A stretch of DNA of 64,000 bases from an uncultured Verrucomicrobiae bacterium (GCA_963834385.1 CAWIBO010000002.1:1-64000); one strand, 5' to 3'; shown: positions 20,071-30,440, counted from the stretch's first letter. Translations and numbers: made by a program. Notes: a model not told the origin generated them from the sequence alone.

Positions 20071-20110
20071 CGCGTGCTCTCAGGCTCGACGGAGTCTCGC
20101 CCTACCGGGG
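20071..20110. repeat. REP-A copy between convergent genes
   Basis: cgcgtgctctcaggctcgacggagtctcgccctaccgggg. Confidence 0.88.
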
Positions 20111-20112
20111 CG

Positions 20113-21669
20113 TCAGTAGTTGACCGGGTTCTTCAGGAAGCGCCACAGGATCTTGCAGGCGACGGTCCAGCTCCCGGCCCGCCCTTCCACGTGGGCCAGG
20201 ATCTGATCGAGCCTGGCCCGGTCGTAATGCGAGCCGGCGAAAAATACTCCGGCAATCCGTTGGGTGTTGCGGATGTCCGCCAGCGGATCGGCTTCCAGGA
20301 GAACAAGGTCGGCCGTTTTCCCCGGGGCGACGCTCCCAAACTGGGCGGTCAGGCCAAAATACTCCGCGGCGGAAATGGTGGCGGCGCGGAGCGCTTCCGC
20401 CGGGGTCAGGCCGGCGGCGACCAGGTGTTCGAGTTCGCGATGAAGATCGGCTCCGGGGACGATGTAGTCCGTGCCAGCCAGGATCTTCACGCCGGCACGA
20501 TGCGCCGCCCCGGTCAGGGCCAGGCCTTTTGTGTAAAAGTCGCGGTAAGTTTGCCGGGCTTCGGGTGACGGGTCCCGCGCGAGGGTGGCGTCAACGTCCT
20601 CCAGCCATTGCCATTGCATGAGGGGATGGAGGAAGCGCAGGAGGGGATCTTTCCGGACCGAGGGATGGTCGGCGTAGGCATCGACCCAGCGTGTCAGGTG
20701 CGTAGGGACATACCAGGTGCCGTGCCGGCGCATGGCGGCAAAGATGGCCTCGGCCCGGTCCGGGTCGTGGTCGTCGAGCATGCGCCGTCGATCCTCCTTC
20801 CATGCCGGCGAGTTGGCGCGGCTTCGCAGTTCCTCGCTGCCGGAAAAAGATTCGTGCAGGAGAAAGCGCGCGTGCTCGATGCTTTTTTGGTGGGCAGCCG
20901 CTTCGATTGCACTGACGGCATGCGGCCGGTGCCCGACCACATCGAGCCCGAGGCGGCGGGCCTCGGCCACGAGCGCAAAGTAGGCGTCACGCGGCAGGTG
21001 ATCATAGACCTTGATGGCGTCCGCCTCTCCCGCAAAATGCCGGACAAAGGCGCGCGCCTCCCCGGCATTGGCCGTGCCGAAGAACGTGGGCACGCCGCCG
21101 AGGCGGGCGAGCATGCGCGGACCGTTGGCCATGAAACTGGTCGTGCCGGCAATGCGAGGGGCGACGAGCGCGCCCGCTTCCGCCTGGGCGGTCCATGCCC
21201 GTTTTTCGCCGGCACAGGCGATGAAGGGATCGCCTGGCGTGGGACAGCCCTGCATGTCGCGCACATTGGTGACACCGAAGGCGAGATACAGGGGGAGGTC
21301 GAGCAGCGGCGAGACGGCGTAAACATGGGCGTGCATGTCCCAGAAAGCCGGGATGAGGAAGCGGCCCTGTCCGTCGATTTGCCGTGCGCCCGGCGGAATG
21401 GCGGCGGCCGGCTCCACCCGGGTGATGATGCCCTCCTCGATGACGACGGTCTGGCCCGGCCTGAGCCGGCCCTGCACGACATCGACCACGGTGACGCCCG
21501 TGATGGCGATCGGCCCGCGCGTCCGCACCGCGACCAGTTTTGGTTCCGGCCAGAGAACGCCGAGCACGAAGAGGCCGACGAGCGTGGCGAGGAGCGCGAG
21601 AAGGGAAGCACCGGCCCATCGGGCAAGAACGCGAAAGGCGCGGCCGGCGGAATTCGGCGTCGTGATCAT
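20113..21669 (-). CDS. Amidohydrolase-family protein with N-terminal membrane anchor
   Basis: IPAFWDMHAH, GVTNVRDM, SIEH, ILAGTD, GKTADLVLLEADPL. Confidence 0.88.
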   Translation of the reverse strand: MITTPNSAGRAFRVLARWAGASLLALLATLVGLFVLGVLWPEPKLVAVRTRGPIAITGVTVVDVVQGRLRPGQTVVIEEGIITRVEPAAAIPPGARQIDGQGRFLIPAFWDMHAHVYAVSPLLDLPLYLAFGVTNVRDMQGCPTPGDPFIACAGEKRAWTAQAEAGALVAPRIAGTTSFMANGPRMLARLGGVPTFFGTANAGEARAFVRHFAGEADAIKVYDHLPRDAYFALVAEARRLGLDVVGHRPHAVSAIEAAAHQKSIEHARFLLHESFSGSEELRSRANSPAWKEDRRRMLDDHDPDRAEAIFAAMRRHGTWYVPTHLTRWVDAYADHPSVRKDPLLRFLHPLMQWQWLEDVDATLARDPSPEARQTYRDFYTKGLALTGAAHRAGVKILAGTDYIVPGADLHRELEHLVAAGLTPAEALRAATISAAEYFGLTAQFGSVAPGKTADLVLLEADPLADIRNTQRIAGVFFAGSHYDRARLDQILAHVEGRAGSWTVACKILWRFLKNPVNY

Positions 21670-21716
21670 GCGCGGCTCCCTGTTTACAAGGAGGCAGAAG
21701 GAACGCAAACTCTGCG

Positions 21717-22352
21717 ATGCCCAACGTCGCCACCTGGATCCGCCCGAAGGACCAGGCATATTTCCAGGAGGTCTTCGCGCCCTACCCCGCCCTGAGACTG
21801 CACAATGCCGCGCTCGGCCCGGTGGCGCTCCCGGAAATGGACGGGCTGCTTTTGACGGGCGGCGCGGACCTCGCGCCGGTCTTCCTGAAACAGGAGGTGC
21901 GCGACACCGCGGTGCTCGACAAGGAGATCGATGCGGTGCGCGACCGCTGGGAACTCGACGCGATCGGAGCCGCGGTGGAGCGCGCCCTGCCTCTTTTCGG
22001 CATTTGCCGCGGCTTGCAGGTGTTGAATGTCGCGCTGGGTGGGACGCTTCGGCTCGACATCCCGGGGCATGACGGCCCGGAGATGCGCTTCAAGGACGTG
22101 CAGGAGTTGCGCAATGACCGGGCGGCGGCCCATCGTTTTAGCCTGGTGAACAGTTCGCACCACCAGGCGATCGACCGGCTGGGCGACGGCATGGTGGCCG
22201 AGGCGTGGTGCGCCAAGGATGACATCATCGAAATGGTGCGCATCGCGAAGTACCCCTTCGGTCTTGCGGTCCAGTATCATCCCGAGCGCAACGCGGAGCT
22301 TTATGCGCCCCTTTTCGCGGACTTCGTCGGGCGCTTGAATGGCGCGAAGTAA
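21717..22352 (+). CDS. Peptidase C26 / gamma-glutamyl-gamma-aminobutyrate hydrolase-like glutamine amidotransferase
   Basis: GLLLTGGAD, GICRGLQVLNVALGG, VNSSHHQAI, VQYHPE. Confidence 0.9.
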   Translation: MPNVATWIRPKDQAYFQEVFAPYPALRLHNAALGPVALPEMDGLLLTGGADLAPVFLKQEVRDTAVLDKEIDAVRDRWELDAIGAAVERALPLFGICRGLQVLNVALGGTLRLDIPGHDGPEMRFKDVQELRNDRAAAHRFSLVNSSHHQAIDRLGDGMVAEAWCAKDDIIEMVRIAKYPFGLAVQYHPERNAELYAPLFADFVGRLNGAK

Positions 22353-22371
22353 CCGGGCAGGATAGCGCGCC

Positions 22372-23253
22372 ATGGCCACGCCGCAGAACACGATCGCGAT
22401 CGTTTACGATTACGATCAGACCCTGAGCCCGAGTTACATGCAGGACGAGGTGGTTTTTCCCACCTTCGGCATCGACTCGGCGAAATTCTGGGAGCGCTGT
22501 TCCGCCCTGGTGCGCGAGGGGGGCTACGATGGGGAGCTGGCCTACATGAAAGTGTTGCTCGACACCCTGGGGATGGACCGCCCGACCAATGCCGAGCTTA
22601 AGGCGCTGGGCGCGAACCTGAACTTCTACAAAGGGCTGCCGGGGATGTTCGAGGATTTCGCCAACACGCTGCTCACCCCGGAACAGGTCGCGCATGGCAT
22701 CACGGTCGAGCATTATATCATCTCGTCCGGGATGAAGATCCTGATCGAGGGGAGCCGGCTGGCCCCGTTTGTGCGCGCGATTTTCGGGTGCGAATTCGCC
22801 GAGGATGAGCAGGGGCGGATCACTTTCCCGAAGCGGGTGATCAGTCACACGCAGAAGACCCAGTACCTTTTCCGGATCAACAAGGGCCTGCTCGATATGT
22901 CGCAGGACGTGAACGACCACATGGACGCCGATATCCGGCCGGTGCCGTTCCCGAATATGATCTACCTTGGGGACGGCCCGACCGATGTGCCCTGTTTCAC
23001 GGTCATGAAAAAGAACGGCGGCCAGGCCATTGCCGTCTATAACCCGGACGATCCGCAGCGGGCGGGTTTCCGGAAGTGCTACCAGCTTTCCACTTATGCC
23101 GACCGGGTGCGGCACATCGCGCCCTCGGATTTCCGGCCGAACACGCACCTGCGCCTGCTTCTCGAGCAGATGGTCGAGGAGATTGCCAACCGGATGGTGG
23201 AGGAGCGCCGCGCCGCGGTCGAGACCGGCACGGTGCGCGCGCCGCGGCACTGA
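22372..23253 (+). CDS. HAD-superfamily hydrolase
   Basis: YDYDQTL motif I, IISSG, KTQYLFRINKG, YLGDGPTDVP. Confidence 0.85.
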   Translation: MATPQNTIAIVYDYDQTLSPSYMQDEVVFPTFGIDSAKFWERCSALVREGGYDGELAYMKVLLDTLGMDRPTNAELKALGANLNFYKGLPGMFEDFANTLLTPEQVAHGITVEHYIISSGMKILIEGSRLAPFVRAIFGCEFAEDEQGRITFPKRVISHTQKTQYLFRINKGLLDMSQDVNDHMDADIRPVPFPNMIYLGDGPTDVPCFTVMKKNGGQAIAVYNPDDPQRAGFRKCYQLSTYADRVRHIAPSDFRPNTHLRLLLEQMVEEIANRMVEERRAAVETGTVRAPRH

Positions 23254-23910
23254 CTAGAACCAGAGCCGCCAGGCGACGCGAACGGCGAAGAAAAGCATGA
23301 CCCCGGCGGTGATGGCCTGGGTCCAGACCTGCCAGGCGGGCCGGACAAAAAAACGGGCGCCGAAATGCAGCGAGGTGCAGAGCACGATGACCCACATGAG
23401 GGCGCCGGTGAGCACAGCGGCGGCAAAAGTGAGCGCGCGACCGACCGTGAGGGCGCCTTCCGTTCCCTGCTGGCCGACCACGGCGAGCCAGAACCCGATG
23501 TTGAAAGGACTGGTCAGCGCCATGAAAAATCCGAGCCAGTAGCCCCGGCGCTCCTTTTTCGCCGGCGCGCCGGTGGCTGCGTCGAGCCCGGCCCGCAGAT
23601 CGCGATGGGCGCCGAGGGCGGCGCGAGCGAAGAGAAAGGCGAGGCCGAGCAGGAGGGTGAAACTGATGATGCCGAGCGTCTGCCGAACGGCGGCGCGGTT
23701 GAGCAGGGCGCCCGCGCCCACCGCCACGCTCAGGGCCCAGATGAAATCACCGGTGCAGGCGCCGAGGCCAACGCGCCAGGCGGAGAGGAAACCGCCGCCC
23801 TGCCCGGCGGGTCGAAGGCCGCGCCGGATCATCTCGGCGTTGACCGGGCCGGGCGGCCAGGAAACCGACCAGCCGAGGATCAGGCCCTTGAGGAAGGTGG
23901 CGAAGCTCAC
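23254..23910 (-). CDS. LysE/RhtB-family exporter
   Basis: PPGPVNAEMIRRG, GACTGD, GFFMALTSP, multiple TM helices. Confidence 0.87.
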   Translation of the reverse strand: MSFATFLKGLILGWSVSWPPGPVNAEMIRRGLRPAGQGGGFLSAWRVGLGACTGDFIWALSVAVGAGALLNRAAVRQTLGIISFTLLLGLAFLFARAALGAHRDLRAGLDAATGAPAKKERRGYWLGFFMALTSPFNIGFWLAVVGQQGTEGALTVGRALTFAAAVLTGALMWVIVLCTSLHFGARFFVRPAWQVWTQAITAGVMLFFAVRVAWRLWF

Positions 23911-23919
23911 GGGCGGACC

Positions 23920-24669
23920 CTAGAAGCCGCACCGGCGCCGGATCTCGGCAAAACTCGAGCGGACGCGGAGCAGACTGGCGAGGTAACGGTCGCTGGCCGG
24001 CACGTCATGAATCCGGGTGAGATTGCCCGGCGTTTCCAGACGCGAGAAAACCACCTGGGCAATCTTGCGGCGCGGCACGCTCACGGCGCCATAGCCGGAA
24101 GGCTGGTTGCTCGACCAGTAACGCACCATGGGCACGCCATTCTCCTCGAATTGTCCTAGATAAATGACGGAATGGCCGCTTTCCCTGCGGCCCACTTCGC
24201 GACTCCAAAAGATCTTCATGAAGTCGCCGGGCCGGGCCGCCTCGTAACTGCTGAAGTTGCGGCCCAGTTTCAGTTCGTGGAAAAGACGGGCGGTGCCGGG
24301 ACCGTTGGCGTTCCAGCGTCCCCAGATGCCCTCGCCATCGGCCTGGTCGCGAATGATGAGCTGTTCAAGCGTGGCATGGGGCAGGTGCAGCCGCCCCTGT
24401 TCGCGCAGCGTCTCCAGCGTCTGGATGAAAACGAGGTAGGTCGCGCCGGAGCAGTAGCTGGGCGAGGCCGCCTTTGGCAGGATGAAAAATTTGCCGGATT
24501 CAAAATGCGCGGCGGATTGGAGTTTGATCTTGGCATAGCGCGAGGTGGAATAGCCACCCGCCTGCGGCATCCCGTCGATCTGGCGGAGGATAAGCGCGTT
24601 CAGGTCGGAGGCGGCCGCCGCCCAGGGACCGGCGAAGACAACCAGGAAAAGGAGGCGAAACAGGGTCAC
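23920..24669 (-). CDS. Secreted protein with an NlpC/P60-like Cys-His signature
   Basis: Signal peptide from GTG 24669; YCSG...PGDF...GHSVIYLG. Confidence 0.55.
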   Translation of the reverse strand: MTLFRLLFLVVFAGPWAAAASDLNALILRQIDGMPQAGGYSTSRYAKIKLQSAAHFESGKFFILPKAASPSYCSGATYLVFIQTLETLREQGRLHLPHATLEQLIIRDQADGEGIWGRWNANGPGTARLFHELKLGRNFSSYEAARPGDFMKIFWSREVGRRESGHSVIYLGQFEENGVPMVRYWSSNQPSGYGAVSVPRRKIAQVVFSRLETPGNLTRIHDVPASDRYLASLLRVRSSFAEIRRRCGF

Positions 24670-24738
24670 GGAGCGCCCATTATAACACACCGCCCGGTGG
24701 CTCGCCTCGGCGGGAAATCCATGTTATCTCCTGATGTC

Positions 24739-25542
24739 ATGATTCGGTTTACCAAGATGAATGGCGCGGGCAACGATTTCGTGCTGCTCGACAACCGGGA
24801 CGGGGGAATTGCCCTGGAACCGTCTCAGATCGAACGAATTTGTGACCGTCACCGCGGGGTGGGAGCGGACGGCATTCTGGTGCTGGAGCCGGCGGCCAAC
24901 GGGGCCGATTTCCGGATGCGTTATTACAACCGCGACGGGGGCGAAGCGGAGATGTGCGGCAATGGCGCCCGCTGTTTTGCGCGGTTTGCCCGGGAGAAGG
25001 CCGGGGCTGGGAACGCGGTTTCCTTTGAGACTCCGGCGGGCATTATCCGCGCCCGGCTGGACGGCGAACTGGTTTGCCTGGAGATGAGCGAACCGACGGG
25101 GATGCGGCTCGACCTTTCGCTGGAAGCGGCGGGCCGGGAAGTGGCGGCCCATTTCATCGACAGCGGGGTGCCCCACGTGGTGGTGCCGGTTCCCGCGCTG
25201 GAGGAGGTCGATGTGCGGGGGCTGGGCGCCGCCTTGCGACAGCACCCGGAGTTCGCGCCCAAGGGGGCGAACGTGAATTTCAGCGAAAAGCGCGGCCGCC
25301 GGCGGATTGCCATCCGCACCTATGAGCGCGGGGTGGAGGACGAGACGCTGGCGTGCGGGACGGGCGTGGTGGCCAGCGCGCTTTTGTATGCGGCCACCGA
25401 GGAGGTGGACGGCCCGATCGGGGTCCTGGTGCGGGGCGGGAGCGAAATGACCGTCGGATTCAAGCGTTTGGGCGAGAAGTTCACGCAGGTGACACTGACG
25501 GGGCCGGCCGAGTTTGTTTTCGAGGGCACGCTCGAGCTTTAG
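24739..25542 (+). CDS. dapF: Diaminopimelate epimerase
   Basis: FTKMNGAGNDF, GVGADG, EMCGNGARC, TYERGVEDETLACGTG. Confidence 0.96.
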   Translation: MIRFTKMNGAGNDFVLLDNRDGGIALEPSQIERICDRHRGVGADGILVLEPAANGADFRMRYYNRDGGEAEMCGNGARCFARFAREKAGAGNAVSFETPAGIIRARLDGELVCLEMSEPTGMRLDLSLEAAGREVAAHFIDSGVPHVVVPVPALEEVDVRGLGAALRQHPEFAPKGANVNFSEKRGRRRIAIRTYERGVEDETLACGTGVVASALLYAATEEVDGPIGVLVRGGSEMTVGFKRLGEKFTQVTLTGPAEFVFEGTLEL

Positions 25543-25632
25543 GGCGGACCGGCGGTTCCGGCCGCGACCCCCGGCTTGAGGCGGACAATCCCTTTTATTG
25601 CGGGGGCGAACGCTCCCCCTTACAATCGCGCG

Positions 25633-26511
25633 ATGTTTCAAGGCACCTACACCGCGCTGGTGACGCCGTTTCGCGACGGCCGGATCGATGCCGGGGCGCT
25701 GGAACGTTTGGTGGAAGGGCAGATCGCCGCGGGGCTGGACGGCATCATCGCGGTGGGCACCACCGGGGAAGCGCCCACCCTCTCGCGCGACGAGCGGGAG
25801 GAAGTGATCCGGCTTTGCCTGCAGATTGCGAAAGGACGCTGCCAGGTTTTGGCCGGCACCGGATCTTATTCCACGCGCGAAGCGGTCGCCGCGACCGAGG
25901 CGGCGGAAAAGCTCGGGGTCGACGGCGCCCTCGTGGTGGCCCCTTATTACAACAAGCCGAGCCAGGAAGGGCTGTTCCGCCATTTCACCGCGGTGGCGAA
26001 GGCGACAAAGCTGCCCATCATGCTCTACAACATCCCGGGGCGTTGCGGCGTGGACATTCTGCCGCCCACGGTGGTGCGCCTGGCTGAGGGATGCCGCAAT
26101 ATCGTCTCGATCAAGGAAGCCAGCGGCAGCGTCGACCGCGTGAGCGAACTCCGGGGACTGCTCCCGGCGGAGTTTACCATCCTGAGCGGGGACGACGCGC
26201 TGACCCTGCCTTTTCTGGCGGTGGGGGCGGTCGGCGTGGTAAGCGTCGCCTCCAACCTTGTCCCGGCGGAGGTGGCCGCTTTGGTCCGGGCGGGCCGGGC
26301 TGATCGCCGGGAGGAAGCCACGAGACTGCATCACCGGTTACACGGGCTTTTCCGGGATCTCTTTATCGAGCCAAACCCGGTCCCGGTGAAAACGGCATTG
26401 TGTTGGCGCGGCCAGATGAGTGACGAAGTGCGGCTGCCCCTCTGCGAAATGTCGGAAACGAACCGCGAACGCCTGCGCACAACGCTGGCGGCGTTCGACC
26501 AGAGCCCGTGA
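25633..26511 (+). CDS. dapA: 4-hydroxy-tetrahydrodipicolinate synthase
   Basis: TALVTPF, GTTGE, PYYNKP, LYNIPGR, IKEASG, NPVPVK. Confidence 0.96.
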   Translation: MFQGTYTALVTPFRDGRIDAGALERLVEGQIAAGLDGIIAVGTTGEAPTLSRDEREEVIRLCLQIAKGRCQVLAGTGSYSTREAVAATEAAEKLGVDGALVVAPYYNKPSQEGLFRHFTAVAKATKLPIMLYNIPGRCGVDILPPTVVRLAEGCRNIVSIKEASGSVDRVSELRGLLPAEFTILSGDDALTLPFLAVGAVGVVSVASNLVPAEVAALVRAGRADRREEATRLHHRLHGLFRDLFIEPNPVPVKTALCWRGQMSDEVRLPLCEMSETNRERLRTTLAAFDQSP

Positions 26512-27254
26512 ACGCGACGCGCATTCTGCTGGTCGGAGCCGCCGGTCGCATGGGACAGGCGATCGAGGCGGTGGCCCGCCGGCAGAACGCGGTCGAGATC
26601 GTGGCTCGATGTGATCGCGGCGATGAGCTGGGTGAAAAGGTGGCGGGCTGCGATGTCGTGATCGATTTCAGCTCGGCCACGGCCACGGGAGAGGTGACGC
26701 GGGCCTGCCTGGCCGCGGGCAAAGCACTGGTGATCGGCACCACCGGGCACGACGAAGGCGCTTTGGCCGTCCTGAGAACCGCCGCGGAATCGATCCCGGT
26801 GCTGCTTTCGCCCAATTTCAGCGTGGGGGTAAACGCGATGCTCTGGCTGGCGGCCCGGGCCACGGAATTGCTTGGGCCCGACTTCGACATCGAGATCGTG
26901 GAGATGCATCACCGGCACAAGAAGGACGCCCCAAGCGGCACGGCGAGGAAGCTGGCCCAGCGAATCGCGGAGACGCGGAAGATGGACAGCGGAATTTTTC
27001 GTCATGGCCGGAAGGGAGATGTGGGAGAGCGACAGACTGGGGAGATCGGCTTGCACGCGATGCGGGGAGGCGACGTTGTGGGGGATCACACGGTGGTTTT
27101 CGCCGGCAGCGGGGAGCGCCTGGAGTTGACGCACAAGGCCTCGAGCCGGGAGGTGTTCGCCGCGGGCGCGCTGCGCGCGGCGCAGTGGGTCGCGGATAAA
27201 CCGCCCGGCTTTTACGGGATGGACGAGGTGCTCGGGCTGGGCGGTGAGAAATGA
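26508..27254 (+). CDS. dapB: 4-hydroxy-tetrahydrodipicolinate reductase
   Basis: GAAGRMG, IGTTG, PNFSVG, EMHHRHKKDAPSGTA. Confidence 0.96.
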   Translation: MNATRILLVGAAGRMGQAIEAVARRQNAVEIVARCDRGDELGEKVAGCDVVIDFSSATATGEVTRACLAAGKALVIGTTGHDEGALAVLRTAAESIPVLLSPNFSVGVNAMLWLAARATELLGPDFDIEIVEMHHRHKKDAPSGTARKLAQRIAETRKMDSGIFRHGRKGDVGERQTGEIGLHAMRGGDVVGDHTVVFAGSGERLELTHKASSREVFAAGALRAAQWVADKPPGFYGMDEVLGLGGEK

Positions 27255-27751
27255 GAGCGGGCATTGCCCTCGGCTCGAACCTGGATGAACGGCTGAACCA
27301 TCTCCGCCTGGCGCGCGATCGCATCATCGGGCTGCCCGGGGCGGACGAACCGGTCGCCCTCTCCTCCGTTTACCAGACCGCCCCGGTCGAGTGCCCACCC
27401 GGCACGCCCGATTTTCTGAATGCCGTGATGGAAATATCCTACGACGGGGCGGCGGAGGATCTTCTGCGCGAGCTGCGCCAGATCGAGGGGGAACTGGGCC
27501 GGGAGGAAACGCGCGCGCGCAACCAATCGCGGACGATTGACCTGGATCTGCTTTATTTCGGCGACCAGGTCCGGGAGGGCGAGGAGATCGAGTTGCCGCA
27601 CCCGCGCCTGGCGGAGCGTCGTTTTGTGCTCGAGCCGCTGGCTGAAATTCGCCCGGAGCTGATCCTGCCCGGCCAGGAGGAGACGGTGGCGCGGCTGCTG
27701 GAGAAACTGCCGGCGGAGCCGGTGGTGGTGCGCGCCCCGGCACAATGGTAA
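27251..27751 (+). CDS. folK: 2-amino-4-hydroxy-6-hydroxymethyldihydropteridine diphosphokinase
   Basis: IALGSNL, FLNAV, RTIDLDLL, LPHPRLAERRFVLEPL. Confidence 0.95.
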   Translation: MRAGIALGSNLDERLNHLRLARDRIIGLPGADEPVALSSVYQTAPVECPPGTPDFLNAVMEISYDGAAEDLLRELRQIEGELGREETRARNQSRTIDLDLLYFGDQVREGEEIELPHPRLAERRFVLEPLAEIRPELILPGQEETVARLLEKLPAEPVVVRAPAQW

Positions 27752-27762
27752 GGTCGGGCGCG

Positions 27763-28524
27763 ATGGAGGATTTCCGCGAAAGAAAGCGGCGGGGCCAACG
27801 CCTGACCGCGTTGACGGCTTACGATTATCCGACGGGCCGTCTGCTCGATGAGAGCGGGATCGACATCATCCTCGTGGGCGACTCGGTCGGGATGGTGGTG
27901 CTCGGTTATGAGGACACCACCGAAGTGACCCTGGACGCGATGGTGCATCACACGCGCGCGGTGGCGCGGGGAGTGAAAAAGGCGCTGCTCGTGGGAGACC
28001 TTCCTTTCGGGACCTATCCCGATCCGGCCACCGCGGTGGCCTCCGCGCACCGGTTGATGGAGGCGGGCGCTCAGGCCGTGAAGCTGGAGGGCGGCGCGAG
28101 TCATCGGGAACAGATTGCGGCGATCGTGGGCGCGGGCATTCCGCTGATGGCGCATATCGGGATGCTGCCGCAAAGCGTGCGGATCGAGGGCGGCTACAAG
28201 TTGAAGGGCCGGACGCCGGCGGAGGCGGAGCTGCTTCTGCGGGATGCCGCGGCGGTGGAAGAAGCGGGGGCCTTTGCCGTGGTTCTCGAGATTGTGGCCG
28301 CGGAAACGGCCCGTCGCCTCACCGCTTCCGTGCAGATCCCGACAATTGGGATCGGGTCGGGAGAACATTGCGATGGGCAGATCCTGGTGACGCACGACCT
28401 GATCGGCCTTTTTCCGTGGTTCACGCCCAAGTTCGTCTCACCGCAGGCGCGGGTGGCCGACGAGATTCGGCGGGCGGCGGGAGCTTTTATTGAACAGGTG
28501 CGGGCCGGCGACCGTCCAGTTTGA
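27763..28524 (+). CDS. panB: 3-methyl-2-oxobutanoate hydroxymethyltransferase
   Basis: LTAYDY, ILVGDS, VKLEGG, PTIGIGSG, DGQILV. Confidence 0.96.
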   Translation: MEDFRERKRRGQRLTALTAYDYPTGRLLDESGIDIILVGDSVGMVVLGYEDTTEVTLDAMVHHTRAVARGVKKALLVGDLPFGTYPDPATAVASAHRLMEAGAQAVKLEGGASHREQIAAIVGAGIPLMAHIGMLPQSVRIEGGYKLKGRTPAEAELLLRDAAAVEEAGAFAVVLEIVAAETARRLTASVQIPTIGIGSGEHCDGQILVTHDLIGLFPWFTPKFVSPQARVADEIRRAAGAFIEQVRAGDRPV

Positions 28525-28560
28525 CAGGCGCGGAGTGTTGATCCCTTTAGGGAAAGCAAA

Positions 28561-29622
28561 ATGAAGGCAGCAAAGAACCTCGATGATGATTTGATCTGGT
28601 CAGGCAGCCGGCAGCGGAGCTGGCTGTTGTTTGCCCTGCTGGTCTCGCTGGCCCTGCACGCCGTGCTCTGCCTCTATTTTTACCGGACCGAATTCCAGGC
28701 GGCCCTGACGGCAGTCAAGGAAGCGCCCCGCACCTCCACTTTCAATGTGACCCGGGTCGACCCGAGCACGTTGCTCGACAAGGCGAGCATGGACCAGAAT
28801 GCCGCCGCGGCGAAACCGAATCCCGACCAGACGGAGGTGCAGCTGCCGGACGAGAAAAAGTCATTCGACCAGCTTCTGCAGGAGATGCAGGCGAGCGCGG
28901 CGATTCCGGACGACACGGCTGATGTGCTGCCCGACCAGCCAAAGGTTGAGCAGAGCGACGTCAGTTCGGTCCTGGAAGAGATCGAGAACACCACCGCGCA
29001 GATTCTTTCCCGAAGCCCGAATGCCACGCGGGAACAGTCGCTTCTCAGTGACGCCGCCTCATCGGGGCGTCCGCAACCGGCGCTGACCGGGACCGAGCTG
29101 GCCACGAGCACGACGATCACCAAGCCGAACACATTTACCAGCCAGTTGCCGGGCGACAGCGCCGGTCCGCGCCGGGGCAACCCGGGTTTCAGCGACCTGG
29201 ACCAGTTGTTGTCGCAGAAAGGCCCGATCGGTTCGGGCACGGCGATTCGCATGCCGAACGACCAGCTATACAATTACGACAGCGCGGCGCTGCAACAGGG
29301 CGCGATCACGGAGCTGCAGAAGCTGGGCATCCTGATCAAGCGCAACCCGAAGATGAAATTCGTGATTGAGGGATACACCGACTCCTTTGGTTCGCCCGCC
29401 TACAATCTTGACCTGAGCCAGCAGCGCGCGGACAGCGTGGCCCAATATCTGGTGCAGGTGTTCGGGGTGGACCCGGCCCAGATCGAGGCGCGCGGGTTTG
29501 GGGGCACGAAGTTTCTGGTTCCGCCGCGGGCGGTCGACATGACCTCGGAAGCGGCGGTGAACGCCGAGATTGCGCGGCAGCAGCCAAACCGCCGCGCGGT
29601 GGTGGTGGTGAAGGATAGGTAG
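28561..29622 (+). CDS. Membrane-anchored OmpA-like peptidoglycan-binding protein with long linker
   Basis: N-terminal TM helix (SLALH); IEGYTDSFGSPAYNLDLSQQRADSV...NRR. Confidence 0.85.
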   Translation: MKAAKNLDDDLIWSGSRQRSWLLFALLVSLALHAVLCLYFYRTEFQAALTAVKEAPRTSTFNVTRVDPSTLLDKASMDQNAAAAKPNPDQTEVQLPDEKKSFDQLLQEMQASAAIPDDTADVLPDQPKVEQSDVSSVLEEIENTTAQILSRSPNATREQSLLSDAASSGRPQPALTGTELATSTTITKPNTFTSQLPGDSAGPRRGNPGFSDLDQLLSQKGPIGSGTAIRMPNDQLYNYDSAALQQGAITELQKLGILIKRNPKMKFVIEGYTDSFGSPAYNLDLSQQRADSVAQYLVQVFGVDPAQIEARGFGGTKFLVPPRAVDMTSEAAVNAEIARQQPNRRAVVVVKDR

Positions 29623-29860
29623 CCGCCGCCGTGGAACGGCGGCGGAATGACGAAGGTCTGATGACGAATGACGAAGTGGGGGGCGTTGGCGCGGTTTGTC
29701 ATCCCGAGGCTGGCGCAGCCCGCCGAGGGACCTCGCGGTCGCAGGGGGCGGGCGCTGACGCGCGCGGCGGTGGGCGCAGGGGTGGCGGCCGCTTTTTGTT
29801 GGGGCGTAGGCGGGTTCAGAATTCGGGGGGTCCTTCGCCGTCTTTGCGGCTCAGGATGAC
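29619..29860. repeat. Repeat cluster: GTAG hairpin, GAATGAC 7-mers, inverted GTCATCC...GGATGAC pair
   Basis: gtagccgccgccgtggaacggcggc; gtcatcccgagg at 29698 and ctcaggatgac ending at 29860. Confidence 0.75.
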
Positions 29861-29876
29861 CGAATAGGGGCGCGTT

Positions 29877-30440
29877 TTACCAGTTCGTCAGCCAGCTGGG
29901 CTCATTGGCAGGCTCGTCCGCCACGGTCCAGAGATCGAAGGTTGGGTTACGACTGCCTGTGCCGGGGCCGCCCGGGTTCAGGTCGGGATTCCCGGCGGTG
30001 GAATATCCGTAGGCATCCCCGAAGGGATCGCGGATGAACTGGACCGCGCCGCCGGTCGCCTGGGGCGGACTGAGCTGGTTGGGCTGAAAGGTCATGTAGG
30101 CGCGGTTCTCGGCTTTGCGCTGGGCATCGAGATCGTCGTCGCCGCTGAGGGCACGGTAGAGCACAAGGTTGGCCGCGGGATAATTTGCCGGGTTGGTCGT
30201 GGAAGTGGTGAGTGAATTGGTGTCGGCCGAGGAAGGATACGTCCCGTTATCGGCCTTGTAATTTTCGAGCGCGGCGGACATGGCGGCGATCTCGGCTTGG
30301 GCGCGGGAGCGGGCGCCTTTTTTCTGCACGTAGTTGCTGGTGCCAAGGATGAGCCCGGCCAGGATGATGATGATCGTAATCACCACGAGCAGCTCAATGA
30401 GGGTGAAGGCGCCGCGCGCCGGAAAAGCTTTCCCGGTCAC
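29877..30440 (-). CDS. Type IV pilin / GspG-like pseudopilin
   Basis: GTG start overlapping the pilC stop; RGAFTLIELLVVITIIIILAGL prepilin motif; ALENYKADNGTYP, DPFG, FDLW. Confidence 0.85.
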   Translation of the reverse strand: MTGKAFPARGAFTLIELLVVITIIIILAGLILGTSNYVQKKGARSRAQAEIAAMSAALENYKADNGTYPSSADTNSLTTSTTNPANYPAANLVLYRALSGDDDLDAQRKAENRAYMTFQPNQLSPPQATGGAVQFIRDPFGDAYGYSTAGNPDLNPGGPGTGSRNPTFDLWTVADEPANEPSWLTNW

